DNA from: Acidobacteriota bacterium
GTDB lineage: Bacteria; Acidobacteriota; UBA6911; RPQK01; JAJDTT01
Assembly (NCBI GenBank): GCA_965209055.1
Contig: OZ242374.1
Coordinates: 2,336,001 to 2,400,000 of the forward strand
Length of the DNA: 64,000 bases
Direction: 5' to 3'
Part shown: positions 18,605-29,630 of the stretch, in pieces
How positions within the stretch are numbered: the first letter of the stretch is position 1
Layout: every line of letters begins with the position of its first letter
The notes under the pieces: generated by a model
The model's input: the letters and a program-made list of their open reading frames with translations, nothing else
What the model was told of the DNA's origin: nothing
Database searches by the model: none
Made by a program: the position numbers and the translations under genes

Positions 18605-19816
18605 GTGGCTGCAAGCGAGTCCAAGAACGGCGTCATCGCCTTCCTCTTCGAAAACTCGGTCTTTCTCATCGCCGGAGCGTTCGGCGCGCTGGTGTGGGCC
18701 AATCTGGACCACGACTCCTACCACCACCTGGTCCACCTGAAGCTGTTCGAGGACACGTTGTTCGGGACGCTGAAACCCGACGGCACGCGTGTCTTCGACC
18801 TCCACTACCTGGTCAACGACGTGCTGATGGCGTTCTTCTTCGCCATCGCCGGCAAGGAGGTCTGGGAAGCCACCCTTCCCGGCGGTCCTCTCAGCAGTCC
18901 CAGGCGGGCCGCCGTGCCCCTCGTCGCAGCGGTGGGCGGAATGGTGGCGCCGGCTCTCCTCTACCTGTTGGGCGCGGCTCTGGTCGGTCGCTTCGATGAA
19001 CTGGCCAACGGCTGGGCCATTCCGTGCGCCACCGACATTGCCTTCAGCTACATGGTGGCCAGGATCGTCTTCGGCGCCGGCCATCCCGCGATTCCATTCC
19101 TGTTGCTCCTGGCGATCGCCGATGACGCCATGGGCCTGCTGATTCTCGCGGCCTTCTACCCCCAGGGGGAAGTGCAGATGCTGTGGATGGTCCTGGCTGT
19201 CGCGGGCGTGGGAGTCGCCTTCCTGTTTCAGCGCCTCCGCCTCCGCAGCTTCTGGTGGTATCTGGCCATTCCCGGCTCGCTGTCATGGGTCGGGTTCGCC
19301 ATGGCCGGACTGCATCCGGCTCTGGGCCTGCTGCCCGTCATTCCCGCCATGCCTCACCACCACTCCGACCGGGGCCTCTTCGATTGGAAGGAACTGGAGG
19401 CGACGGACACGCTGAACCAATTCGAGCACTGGTGGCAGAAGCCGGTGGAATTGATCCTGATGCTCTTCGGCCTCTTCAACGCCGGCGTGCTGTTGAGCGC
19501 CGTGGATTCCCCCACCTTCCTGGTCCTGATCGGGCTCCTGGCGGGCAAGCCCATCGGCATCTGGGGCGGAGCCATGCTGGTGGCCAGAGGGTTCCGGTTG
19601 GGACTCCCCGACGGGATCGCCTCCCGGGATTTGGTGGTTGTGGGGTTCGCCGCCGCCATCGGGTTCACCGTGGCGCTCTTCGTGACCACGGTGGCATTCC
19701 CGCCGGGACAGATCCAGGACGCCGCCAAGATGGGCGCGCTGGGTTCCTTCGTCGCGGCCCTGCTCACATACGTCGTGGCCCGGACCACGGGCATTAGGCC
19801 GAATCCGGTGAAATAG
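18605..19816 (+). CDS. nhaA: Na+/H+ antiporter NhaA
   Basis: VNDVLMAFFF, GGMVAP, GWAIPCATDIAF, LAIADD, GKPIGI, IGFTVALF. Confidence 0.92.
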   Translation: MAASESKNGVIAFLFENSVFLIAGAFGALVWANLDHDSYHHLVHLKLFEDTLFGTLKPDGTRVFDLHYLVNDVLMAFFFAIAGKEVWEATLPGGPLSSPRRAAVPLVAAVGGMVAPALLYLLGAALVGRFDELANGWAIPCATDIAFSYMVARIVFGAGHPAIPFLLLLAIADDAMGLLILAAFYPQGEVQMLWMVLAVAGVGVAFLFQRLRLRSFWWYLAIPGSLSWVGFAMAGLHPALGLLPVIPAMPHHHSDRGLFDWKELEATDTLNQFEHWWQKPVELILMLFGLFNAGVLLSAVDSPTFLVLIGLLAGKPIGIWGGAMLVARGFRLGLPDGIASRDLVVVGFAAAIGFTVALFVTTVAFPPGQIQDAAKMGALGSFVAALLTYVVARTTGIRPNPVK

Positions 19817-19838
19817 ACGTCGTCTTGCGGCGTTCGGA

Positions 19839-21302
19839 CTACGCCAGCAGGGGCTTCACCACTTCCCCGTGGATGTCGGTGAGCCGGTAGTGGCGTCCCT
19901 GGAACTTGAAGGTGAGCTGGGTGTGGTCGATTCCCAGGCAGTGCAGGACGGTGGCCTGGAAATCGTGGACGTGGACCGGATCCTTCACCACGTTGTAGCT
20001 GAAGTCGTCCGTCTCTCCGTAGCTGATTCCGGGACGGATGCCGCCTCCCGCCATCCACATGGTGAAACAGCGGGGATGGTGGTCGCGCCCGTAGTTGTCG
20101 TCGGTGAGCTTCCCCTGGCAATAGACGGTTCGCCCGAACTCGCCTCCCCAGATGACCAGCGTCTCGTCCAGCAATCCCCTCTGCTTCAGGTCGGTGACCA
20201 GCGCCGCCGAAGCTTGGTCCGTGTCCTCGCACTGCCCCCGGATCTGGGCGGGGAGGTCGTCGTGCTGGTCCCAACCACGGTGGTAGAGCTGGACGAAGCG
20301 GACGCCCGCTTCGCTGAGGCGGCGGGCCATGAGGCAGTTGGCGGCGTAGGTTCCGGGCTTTCTCGAGTCGGGGCCGTAGAGCTCGAAGATATGGTCCGGC
20401 TCGTTGGAGACGTCGGTCAGCTCGGGGACCGAGAGCTGCATCTTGTAGGCCATCTCGTACTGGCTGATCCGGGTCGTGATCTCCGGGTCGCCGAAGGCCT
20501 CGGCCCGCAGCCGGTTGATCTGACCGATCCCGTCCAGCATCCGTCTCCGGCTGCGGTGGTCCACGCCGGGCGGGTTGGACAGGTACAGGACCGGGTCCCC
20601 GACGCCCCTGAACTTGACCCCCTGATGGTCGGAGGGAAGGAAACCGGAGCCCCAAAGGCGGGAGAAGATGGGCTGGGGATTGGTCTTGATCCGGCCGATG
20701 GAGACCATCACCACGAAGCTGGGAAGATCCAGGCTCTCGCTGCCGAGCCCGTAGCTGAGCCAGGCGCCCAGGCTGGGGCGGCCCGGCTGCTGACTTCCGG
20801 TCTGGAAGAAGGTGATGCCCGGGTCGTGATTGATGGCTTCGGTGTGAAGCGTCTTGACGATGGCGATGTCGTCCACGATCTGCGCGGTCCGCGGCAGGAG
20901 TTCGCTCACCCAGGCTCCCGACTCCCCGTGCCGGGAGAACTTGAAGAGGGAGGGAGCCACGGGGAGGGTCTTCTGCCGCGAGGTCATGCCGGTGATCCGT
21001 TGTCCCCGGCGCACCGAGTCGGGCAGGTCCGTCCCCCGATGCTTCTCCAGTTGGGGCTTGTAGTCGAGCAGGTCCATCTGGGCCGGCGCGCCCGACTGGA
21101 AGAGGAAGATGACCCGTTTGGCCTTGGGAGCGAAGTGGGGCAGGTCGGGCCGGATGCCGTGAGGTATCCCATTGCCGGTCCGGCCTGAGAACAGATGGGG
21201 ATTCAGGATCGAGGCCAGCGCGGCCGTGCCGATGCCGGTGCTGGTCCGGCCAAAGAACTGGCGCCGCGTGATCTCCAGCGGCAATCGATTTTCCGGGTCC
21301 AC
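19839..21302 (-). CDS. DUF1501 domain protein (alkaline phosphatase/sulfatase-like fold), Tat signal
   Basis: TRRQFF, HFAPKAKRVIFLFQSG, INHDP, GWDQH, WGGEFGRT, GRDHH. Confidence 0.9.
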   Translation of the reverse strand: MDPENRLPLEITRRQFFGRTSTGIGTAALASILNPHLFSGRTGNGIPHGIRPDLPHFAPKAKRVIFLFQSGAPAQMDLLDYKPQLEKHRGTDLPDSVRRGQRITGMTSRQKTLPVAPSLFKFSRHGESGAWVSELLPRTAQIVDDIAIVKTLHTEAINHDPGITFFQTGSQQPGRPSLGAWLSYGLGSESLDLPSFVVMVSIGRIKTNPQPIFSRLWGSGFLPSDHQGVKFRGVGDPVLYLSNPPGVDHRSRRRMLDGIGQINRLRAEAFGDPEITTRISQYEMAYKMQLSVPELTDVSNEPDHIFELYGPDSRKPGTYAANCLMARRLSEAGVRFVQLYHRGWDQHDDLPAQIRGQCEDTDQASAALVTDLKQRGLLDETLVIWGGEFGRTVYCQGKLTDDNYGRDHHPRCFTMWMAGGGIRPGISYGETDDFSYNVVKDPVHVHDFQATVLHCLGIDHTQLTFKFQGRHYRLTDIHGEVVKPLLA

Positions 21303-21307
21303 GTTTC

Positions 21308-24300
21308 TCACTCCCGGGTAATGGTTTCGTCCAGGTTCAGAATGCTGCCGGTCACGGTGGTCCACGCGGCCAACTCCACCGGGTCCAGGCTCGGATCGAA
21401 CGGGGATTCGCCCACCTCGATCAGACGCCGGGCCGCCTCGGGATCGGACCTGTAGTAGCTTCGCTGCTGTTGGAGGATCCGGTCCAGGATCGGGGCCTCT
21501 CGCGGGTCGGGCGCCCGTCCCGTCGCCAGACGGAAAGCGAGGCGGATCCGATCCTCCGTGTCCGAGGCCGTTCCCTTCAGAGTGCGTTGGGCCAGGGATC
21601 GGGCCGCCTCCACGTAAGTCGGGTCGTTCAGCAGGATCAGCGCCTGCAACGGAGTGTTGGTCCGCGGCCGCCGCATGGTGCAGGTTTCCCGGTCGGGGGC
21701 GTCGAATGCCATCAACGTGGGCGGAGGAATCGTCCGCTTCCAGAAGGTGTAGAGGCCACGGCGGTAGAGGTCCGGTCCCTCTCCCTGAACATATTCCTGG
21801 GCCGTGTACTTCTCGCCGTAGGCCATCTCCTTCCACAGTCCGGGGGGCTGGTATGGATAGACGCTGGGTCCACCGATCGTGTTCACCAGAAGGCCGCTGA
21901 CTCTCAGGGCGTTGTCACGAACCAGCTCGGCCGGCAACCGGAAGCGGGAGGCCCGCGCCAGCAGCCGGTTTTCCGGGTCCCTCTCCAGCAGCTCCGCCGT
22001 GACGCGGGAACTCTGGCGGTAGGTGGCGGACGTGACCAGGAGCCGTTGCAGGCCCTTCACGTCCCATCCTGAGCCGACGAACTCGGAGGACAGCCAGTCC
22101 AGAAGTTCCGGGTGGCTGGGTTGATCTCCCTGGGAGCCGAAGTTCTCCGCCGATTTGACGAAGCCGTTGCCGTAGTACATCTGCCAGAACCGGTTCACCG
22201 TGACTCGCGCCGTCAACGGGTGGTCCGGGCCGACCAGCCAGCGGGCCAGGCCCAGGCGGTTGGGAGGCGCATCCTGCGGGAATGGCGATAGCGCGGCAGG
22301 AACACCCGGCTCGACCTTCTCCCCGCTATTGCGGTAGTCACCCCGATCCAGGACCATCGTCTCCCGCGGTTCTTCCATCTCCTCCATCACCATGATGGTG
22401 GGGACGGCCGCCTGCAGCTTCTGCTCGTCCCTGCGAAGCTTCTCCTGCTCCCGGTGCAGTTCGCGATAGAGGGCGGGAGCGTCTCTATCCAGGTAAAACC
22501 GGAGCAGGTCCTCCTGCTTCTGTTCGGACCGGTCCTCTTCCGGTTCCCGGAGGATGGCCCGGATGGGATGGTAGACGGCCAACTGCTCCACTTCGTTCGC
22601 CGACAGGGTCCGATCGTAGATGCGCACCTCGTCCATCCGGCCGTCGAACATCCCCTTGGCGTGGCGCCGGCCCAGCAACAGCGGGCGCTCGGACCGGATG
22701 GAGCCGGTCAGGGTGTCGTGCAGGACCTCCACTTCCTGAAGCTTGCCGTCCAGGTAGAGGGCCACGCCGGAGGCTCGTCCGGAGCCGTCGTAAGTGAGAG
22801 CCAGGTGATGCCACTCGTTCAAGGACACCGGGGTGTGCGAGCGGACCTTGATGGCGTTGTCCGGCCAGTCATGAACCAGGTGGGCCATGAGGAGGGGCCC
22901 GCTGTATTTGGGGCCCTCGTGCTCCTTGAAGTCTCCGACGAAGAGGTCGTAGCCGCGGAGACCGTCCAGATCATCCATCCGGGCGACGACGGCCTGGTCC
23001 CCCTCGTTCCTGAGCCGGACCCAGGCCAACAGAGAGAAGGCGTCGGTCCGCTCGAACCCACCCAGGTCGCCCAGGTCCACATGGCTGCGGATGGTGAATT
23101 TGATGGCGCCGCCGACCTTGCCCTCGGCCGGGACCAGTTCCTCGCCTCTGGGTTTTCCGTGACGGTAATGGCCGCTGGTGTCCGAGGTGTGGTGATCCAA
23201 TTCGTAATGGGCCAGGAGGCCTTGGCGGGGACTCTCGGGAAGCTTGGCCGAAGTGGGCGCCTCCCACTCCCGGACCAGGGACTTCAAGCGGCTTTCCGGC
23301 ATCTGGTTCTCGATGGCCTCCAGCCTCTCCCGCAACTCCTGCAGTCGGCTTGACTGGTCGGGATAGGGCATTTCCATGACCGGCGCCGCGTTGCCTTTCC
23401 GTCCGTCCAGACCCTTTTCGGGAATGGTGTTGAAGAAAGCCGAAAAGCGGTAGAACTCCCGCTGCCGAATGGGGTCGTACTTGTGGTCGTGGCAGCGGGC
23501 GCACCCCATGGTCAGGCCCATCCAGACCGTCGACGTCGTGTTGACCCGGTCGACCACGTACTCCAGCCGGTACTCCTCGGGAATGGCGCCTCCCTCGAAG
23601 TTGATCATGTGGTTGCGGTTGAATCCGGTGGCCAGCTTCTGTTGGGACGTGGCCTTGGGGAGCAGGTCGCCGGCCAGTTGCTCGATGGTGAATTCGTCGA
23701 AGGGCTGGTTCCGGTTAAAGGAATCGATGACCCAGTCCCGCCAGAGCCACATGTCCCGGTGGCTGTCGATGTGGTAGCCGTGGGTGTCGGCATAGCGGCT
23801 GGCGTCGAGCCACTCCAGGGCCATCCGCTCACCGTAGTGCCGGGAGGCGAGGAGTCGTTCCACCACCTTCTCGTAGGCTCCGGAGCTCCGGTCCGCCAGG
23901 AAGGCGTCCACCTCCGCCGGTGTGGGGGGCAGTCCGGTCAGGTCCAGCGTCACCCGGCGGATCAAGGTGACGCGATCCGCTTCGGGTGACGGTTCGAGCC
24001 CCTCGCTTTCGAGACGGGCCAGGATGAACCGGTCGACAGGATTGCGGACCCAGGAGACGCGTTTCACCTGCGGGAGGGAGGTCCGGCGCGGCTTGACGAA
24101 GGCCCAGTGATCCCTGGCCTCGGCGCCTTCGCTGATCCAGCGCCGAATGAGGTCGACCTGGTTCCGGTCCAGCTTCCGGTCGAATCCGGGCGGCGGCATC
24201 CGCGCCGCCTCGTGGTCCGCCGAAATCCTCTGGTACAGGCGGCTCGAATCGGCGTCTCCCGGAGTGACGATCCTGTAACCGTCCCGGTCCTGGAACAGCG

Positions 24301-24532
24301 CTTCCTTCGAATCGAGGCGCAGGTCCGCCTGCCTCACCTTTTCGTCCGGGCCGTGGCAGGCGAAACAGTGGTCGGAGAGGATGGGGCGAATCTGGCGGTT
24401 GTAGTCGACGGCAGTGGCCGCCGGCTCGGCGTGGACCGTTGACGGAATTGCGCCGAAGGCGAGCAATCCTGCCAGAACCACAGTTCTCGCCGTCCGTTTT
24501 GCGATGCCGGCCGTCACGTCTGATTGACTCAT
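21308..24532 (-). CDS. Planctomycete cytochrome c / DUF1549 / LamG / DUF1553 protein
   Basis: IRPILSDHCFACHGPD and CARCHDHKYDP CxxCH motifs, WLDASRYADTHG, LamG-type WHHLALTYDG...MDEVRIY insert, TNTPLQAL. Confidence 0.92.
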   Translation of the reverse strand: MSQSDVTAGIAKRTARTVVLAGLLAFGAIPSTVHAEPAATAVDYNRQIRPILSDHCFACHGPDEKVRQADLRLDSKEALFQDRDGYRIVTPGDADSSRLYQRISADHEAARMPPPGFDRKLDRNQVDLIRRWISEGAEARDHWAFVKPRRTSLPQVKRVSWVRNPVDRFILARLESEGLEPSPEADRVTLIRRVTLDLTGLPPTPAEVDAFLADRSSGAYEKVVERLLASRHYGERMALEWLDASRYADTHGYHIDSHRDMWLWRDWVIDSFNRNQPFDEFTIEQLAGDLLPKATSQQKLATGFNRNHMINFEGGAIPEEYRLEYVVDRVNTTSTVWMGLTMGCARCHDHKYDPIRQREFYRFSAFFNTIPEKGLDGRKGNAAPVMEMPYPDQSSRLQELRERLEAIENQMPESRLKSLVREWEAPTSAKLPESPRQGLLAHYELDHHTSDTSGHYRHGKPRGEELVPAEGKVGGAIKFTIRSHVDLGDLGGFERTDAFSLLAWVRLRNEGDQAVVARMDDLDGLRGYDLFVGDFKEHEGPKYSGPLLMAHLVHDWPDNAIKVRSHTPVSLNEWHHLALTYDGSGRASGVALYLDGKLQEVEVLHDTLTGSIRSERPLLLGRRHAKGMFDGRMDEVRIYDRTLSANEVEQLAVYHPIRAILREPEEDRSEQKQEDLLRFYLDRDAPALYRELHREQEKLRRDEQKLQAAVPTIMVMEEMEEPRETMVLDRGDYRNSGEKVEPGVPAALSPFPQDAPPNRLGLARWLVGPDHPLTARVTVNRFWQMYYGNGFVKSAENFGSQGDQPSHPELLDWLSSEFVGSGWDVKGLQRLLVTSATYRQSSRVTAELLERDPENRLLARASRFRLPAELVRDNALRVSGLLVNTIGGPSVYPYQPPGLWKEMAYGEKYTAQEYVQGEGPDLYRRGLYTFWKRTIPPPTLMAFDAPDRETCTMRRPRTNTPLQALILLNDPTYVEAARSLAQRTLKGTASDTEDRIRLAFRLATGRAPDPREAPILDRILQQQRSYYRSDPEAARRLIEVGESPFDPSLDPVELAAWTTVTGSILNLDETITRE

Positions 24533-24691
24533 GATATTCAGACCCGAGTGTAGCCCAAATGGGTCGGCTCCGCTCCGGGCAGCGGCCGGTCGAACTGTAC
24601 GGTGAGTGTACGCCGGGCGAAGACCGCGCCGCAACCTGTGGATACACCGAGATTTCAAGTGATCTTCACGGCTCCTTAAATCCCGCAACTT

Positions 24692-25042
24692 ATGCTCTGG
24701 ACGGTTCTTCCCCAGGTCATTCGCGGCGTGCAGGTGGCAGTGGGCGAGGCGGCCTTCCAGGACGTGGCCTTCAATCCGTTGGGCGGCGTCGATCGGGGCG
24801 AGGTCACCGTGGTGGCCGAGGCCGGCCAGGACTCCGAAGCCGCCCTGCTGGTGGAACGAAAGACGGCCCCCACCGTGAGCGACGCCATCGGCGCACAGGA
24901 GATGTCCCGGATGGTGGGATCAGACGCCAGCGACGTGATGCAGCGGGTCACCGGCGTCTCCTTCGTGGACAGCAAGTACGCCCATATCCGCGGCTCGGGA
25001 GAGCGCTACAGCTCCACCATGCTCAACGGCGCCGCACGCTGA
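24692..25042 (+). pseudogene. Fragment of a TonB-dependent receptor (plug-domain start)
   Basis: EVTVVA...VSDAIGAQEMSR...DASDVMQRVTGVS...IRGSGERYSSTMLNGA then stop; no barrel follows. Confidence 0.7.
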
Positions 25043-25500
25043 GCATCCGGAGACGCCGAATTTCGTCGCCGGGCGACCTCAACGGCACTGGGCGCTCGCA
25101 CCTCCCAACGGTTTCATTTCCCAGTGACTCATTCCTCAATTGGTTCGGAAACCGCTGCCGCCTCACAGGCGACCAACGTCCAAAAGTACCGGCCGAATGA
25201 ACTGCTCAGCCGGATAGTTGCTCGCGATTCTGGTCCCCGGGGTGGACGGCAGGTATTCTCCAAGACTACCGGCCGCGTCATGAAGGGCTCGGGAGACGCC
25301 ACGTCCACGCGTTCCAGGCTGCAGCAGGAGTTTGCTTGATTAGTCTTCTACTCGGCTCATTTTCGAGTTCATTTTTGGCTTGGTGGCTGTTTTTCGCCCT
25401 CTCACCGCCGCAAGCCGGCGGTCCCCCATCAGAGCATGGTCGCCGGGTGGACGGATCGATCGCCCAACAGGCGCAGGAACAGGAAGAGGCGGCTCTGTAC

Positions 25501-26820
25501 TTTCCGGACTACGTGGACGGAGGCGGATGGTCGGTACAACTGGCGCTCAGCAACGTCGACCCGGACGCGGCAGCCGAGGTCCGGGTCGAAGTCTACGATC
25601 CCGAAGGACAACCGGTCCTGGATCTGTTCGATTCCGATTTGACGTTGGAGATTCCAGCGCTGGGCAGCCGAGTCATGAGAAGCGCCGGCTCCGGAGCCAT
25701 TCGGCGGGGTTGGATCCAGGTCGGGGCCGACGCGCCCACGATCAGTGGACTGTTGACCTACCGGCACGCCGAATCCGGAGTCGAAGTCGGCGTCCAATCC
25801 GTCGAGCTGGGGAACGAATTTGCGCTGTTCGTCGAGGAATCGACGACGGTCGGCGCCGGAATCGCCATTTTCAAGCCGGACGCCTCGTCTGGGCTCGAGC
25901 TTCGAATCCGCGACGAGGAAGGGAACGACCCCCTGGAGGGCGGGTTCGTCCCCTGGTCGGATTTCCACCAGTCGGCGCTCACGCTTCCGGAATGGTTCTC
26001 GGTGGAAGGAGTCGCTACGGGATTCCTGGATGACTTTCGCGGCCTGTTGTTCCTGGAGACCGGGGACGAGTCTCCGTTCGCCCCGCTCGGGTTGCGGTTC
26101 GGCAAAGGGACTTCTTCGCTCTCGGCCGTGCCGGCGGTCCGGACCCGGAGTCAGGAACCTAAGGAATCTGCCCTGATCTTCCCCGACTACGTGGATGGAG
26201 GCGGATGGTCGGTGCAACTTGTGCTCAGCAACGTCGGCCCCGAGGATGCAGCCGGCGTGCGCGTTGAAGTCTACGATCCCGAAGGACAACCGGTCCGGGA
26301 TCTGTTCGATTCCGATTTGACGTTGGAGATTCCCGCGCTGGGCAGCCGAGTTTTGAAAAGCGCCGGCTCGGGGACCATTCGGCGGGGTTGGATCGAGGTC
26401 GAGACCGGTACGGCAGCGGTGAGTGGTTTGTTGACCTACCGGCACGCCCGGTCGGGGATCGAAGTCGGTGTCGAGCCCGCCCGGTTGGGGAAGCAATTCG
26501 CTCTGTTCGTGGAGGAATCGGGAACCGTCGGAGCGGGACTCGCCCTCTTCAAACCGGATGCGGAATCCAGGGTCGAGCTGAGAATCCGCGACGAGGAGGG
26601 GAACGATCCGTTGAACGGATTGTTCCTCCCCTGGAGAGACTTCCAGCAGTCGGCGCTCACGCTCCCGGAGTGGTTCGACGTGCCCGGGGTGGATGCGGGA
26701 TTTCTGAGGAACTTTCGAGGTCTCCTGTTTCTGCGGACGGAGGATGAATCCGGCTTCGCCCCGCTGGGGTTGCGTTTCGGGAAGGAATCCTCTTCGCTCT
26801 CGGCGGTGCCGGCGATTCGG
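25501..26820 (+). repeat. Tandem duplication, period 678 nt (226 aa)
   Basis: Units start at 25501 and 26179 (FPDYVDGGGWSVQL...SSLSAVPA) with long identical nucleotide runs. Confidence 0.92.
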
Positions 26821-27291
26821 ATCCCGGACGGCGGCGGCATCGGCGGCGGCCATGCCCCCCCGCCGACGGTCACGCTGTCCGCCTCTCCGAGTTCCATCGA
26901 ACGAGGCCAGAGCACGACGCTGACCTGGTCGTCGACGAATGCGGAAAGCGCTGAGATCGAACCGGACATCGGTAGGGTGCCGGCATCCGGGTCTCGAAAG
27001 GTGTCGCCGAACGTCACCACGACCTACCGCATCACGGTTACGGGAGCGGACGGACGGACGGCCAAGGCGGCGGTCACGGTGACGGTGGCCGTTTCCGCGC
27101 GGGCGGCCCTAGGCGCGCTGTACGATGCCCTGGGCGGATCGGATTGGACCCATAGCGACAACTGGCTGACCGAGGCCCCGCTGAGAGATTGGTATGGGGT
27201 CCAAGTCGACAGCCAGGGCCGGGTGACCGGACTACGGTTGTTCACATGGATCGTTTCTGAAGAGGGGAACCGATCAAGGCAGGGGATCGGT

Positions 27292-28010
27292 TTGACCGGG
27301 GAGATCCCGCCGGAACTGAGCTCGCTCCTTCACCTGAGTGTCCTGGATTTCACTGGGAACCAGTTGACAGGGGAGATCCCGCCGGAGTTAGGCGGACTCG
27401 CCCAACTTGAGAATCTGTATCTCCATGGGAACCAGCTGACGGGAGAGATCCCGCCGGAACTGGGCGCTCTTGTCCAACTCGAGAATCTGTATCTCCATGA
27501 GAACCAGTTGACAGGGAGGATCCCACCGGAGTTGGGTGCCCTCGGTCGCTTGAAGATCCTGAATGTCGGTGTTAACCAGCTGACGGGGAAGATCCCACCG
27601 GAACTGGGCGCTCTTGCCCAACTAAATAATCTGTCTCTACCTGACAACGAACTAGTAGGGAAGATCCCGCTGGAGCTGGGCGCGCTCACCCAACTGGAGT
27701 TCCTGTACCTAAGGAGGAACAATCTGACGGGAGAGATCCCGGCGGAGTTGGGCGCGCTCGCCCGACTGGAGATCCTGTCTCTCGGCAAGAACAGTCTTCA
27801 GGGGGAGATCCCGGCGGAACTAGGCATGCTCGTCCACCTGAGGAACCTGAGTCTCTGGGCGAACAATCTGACGGGAGAGATCCCGGCGGAGTTGGGCGCG
27901 CTCACCCAACTGGAGAGCCTGTACCTCCACATGAACCAGCTGACGGGTCCGATCCCACGAAGTTTCCTGAACCTGGGCCAGCTCAACGTTTTCAATTTTC
28001 TAGATACTAG
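27292..28010 (+). repeat. LRR block 1, about 10 x 72-nt plant-type LRR units
   Basis: LTGEIPxELGxLxxLxxLxLxxNx repeated; 27717-27759 identical to 27861-27903. Confidence 0.93.
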
Positions 28011-28439
28011 AGCTGCTGGTCTTTGCGCCCCCGGTACGTCCGATTTCGTCAAATGGCTGAAAGGGATGGAACGATACGATGGATCGTTCTGTAACGAGTC
28101 TGATGTGACCGTGCTCGACTACCTGTATCGAAGCACCGGCGGAGAGGATTGGACGAACTCTGACGGCTGGGTTGCGGATGGCGTATTGAGTGAACGTTAT
28201 GGGGTCCGGACCGACTCGCTGGGACGGGTCACAGGACTCAACTTGAGTGGCAATGGGCTTGTGGGACGGCTCCCGGGCAGCTTGTTTCGACTGGGCCAGT
28301 TGACTGAATTGCGGGTCGACGGCAACAGTCTATCTGGCCGGTTGCCGTGGTCTTTGACCCGTTTGCCCTTGCAAGGATTCCACTACGCAAACACGGATCT
28401 GTGCATCCCGAACGAGGTGTCGTTCCGCGCTTGGGTTAA

Positions 28440-29630
28440 GGAAGGTCTGAATAAGTCCTCATACGGGGCGAAACAGACCTTGTATCTCTGCCTTTTTCGG
28501 ATCCAGGCGTTGTAACGTGGGATTTGCAACCCTGAATTGGTCTTGACCAAGCGATTGCGAGACGGTTTCCCCAGCCTCAAACACAGCCGTGCCGCATTCC
28601 GATCAGGCGGTCACACCGGAGCGCTCGGCGATCATCAGATTGGCGAATCCCACCAGCAGATAGATCCGTTGGGTGTTTTTCGCCAGCCCGCGGTAGCGCA
28701 CCTTGGCGTAGCCGAAATGCCGTTTCAGGTACCCGAACACATGTTCGGCCTTCGCCCGAACCGATGCCTTGCGCCGCTCGGCCAACGCCGCCTCACTCTC
28801 CGGCGACAGCTGCCAACGCTTCCCGGGCTTCATCATCACCTGCCAATCCATCGGCCGATCTCGATTCTCCGACCGCTTCTGCACTCCCTGGTATCCGGAA
28901 TCCCCCCAAACTTGCGACTCCGAGCCGTGCAGCAATTCGGAGGCCCGCGTCACGTCATGCTCGTTGGCCGGAGCCGTCACCACCGTGTGCGCCACCCCCG
29001 TCTGGGCGTCCACCCCCAAGTGGGCCTTCATTCCGAAATACCACTGTTTTCCCTTTTTCGTCTGGTGCATCTCCGGATCCCGCGCCCGATCCTTGTTTTT
29101 CGTCGAGGAAGGCGCCGCCAGGATACTCGCGTCGACGATCGTCCCACGGCTCAGCCGCAGGCCTTGCCGCTGCAGGTGAGAACCGATCTCCTCGAACAGC
29201 GCCTCCCCCAGACCATGCTCCTCCAGCCGATGACGGAACTTCAGAATCGTCGTCTCGTCCGGCAGCGGCCCCGTGAGCTTCAGGCCCACGAACCGCCGCA
29301 CCGATTCCACCTCATAGAGCAGATCTTCCATCCCCGGATCGCTCAGGTTGTAAAACAGCTGCACGCAGTGAACCCGCAGCATCGTCGAGAGCGGGTAGGG
29401 ACGCCGGCCCCGTCCCGCTTTCGGGTAAAACGGCTCAATCCGGGCTTCCAAATGCTCCCACGGAATCAACCCGTCCATGCGGGCCAGAAACTTCTCTCGA
29501 CGGGTCACCCGCTTCTTGGTGTCGTATTCCAGATCTGCGAACGTCCGTTGCGACATCGTCTTTCCCCCCAACGCAGTGATGATGAAAGAATTATCGTGCA
29601 GAACGCTGACTCGACTTAATCAGACCTTCC
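28440..29630 (-). mobile_element. IS5-family insertion sequence, 1191 bp
   Basis: Terminal IRs GGAAGGTCTGAATAAGTC / GACTTAATCAGACCTTCC (17/18 match); TTAA duplicated at 28436-28439 and 29631-29634. Confidence 0.96.
28603..29556 (-). CDS. IS5-family DDE transposase
   Basis: TRREKFLARMD, GRRPYPL, PDETTILKFRH, GTIVDAS, WYFGMKAH, GDSGY, RAKAEHVF; intact frame. Confidence 0.96.
   Translation of the reverse strand: MSQRTFADLEYDTKKRVTRREKFLARMDGLIPWEHLEARIEPFYPKAGRGRRPYPLSTMLRVHCVQLFYNLSDPGMEDLLYEVESVRRFVGLKLTGPLPDETTILKFRHRLEEHGLGEALFEEIGSHLQRQGLRLSRGTIVDASILAAPSSTKNKDRARDPEMHQTKKGKQWYFGMKAHLGVDAQTGVAHTVVTAPANEHDVTRASELLHGSESQVWGDSGYQGVQKRSENRDRPMDWQVMMKPGKRWQLSPESEAALAERRKASVRAKAEHVFGYLKRHFGYAKVRYRGLAKNTQRIYLLVGFANLMIAERSGVTA

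Noticed and set aside
27292-28010. Regular 72-nt repeats as a possible CRISPR array or DGR
   Set aside because: The units are in-frame LRR codons; no cas genes, reverse transcriptase or adenine-specific TR/VR pair seen.
28537-29619. 360-aa ORF antisense to the transposase
   Set aside because: Antisense ORFs are typical of IS5 elements; no independent evidence of function.
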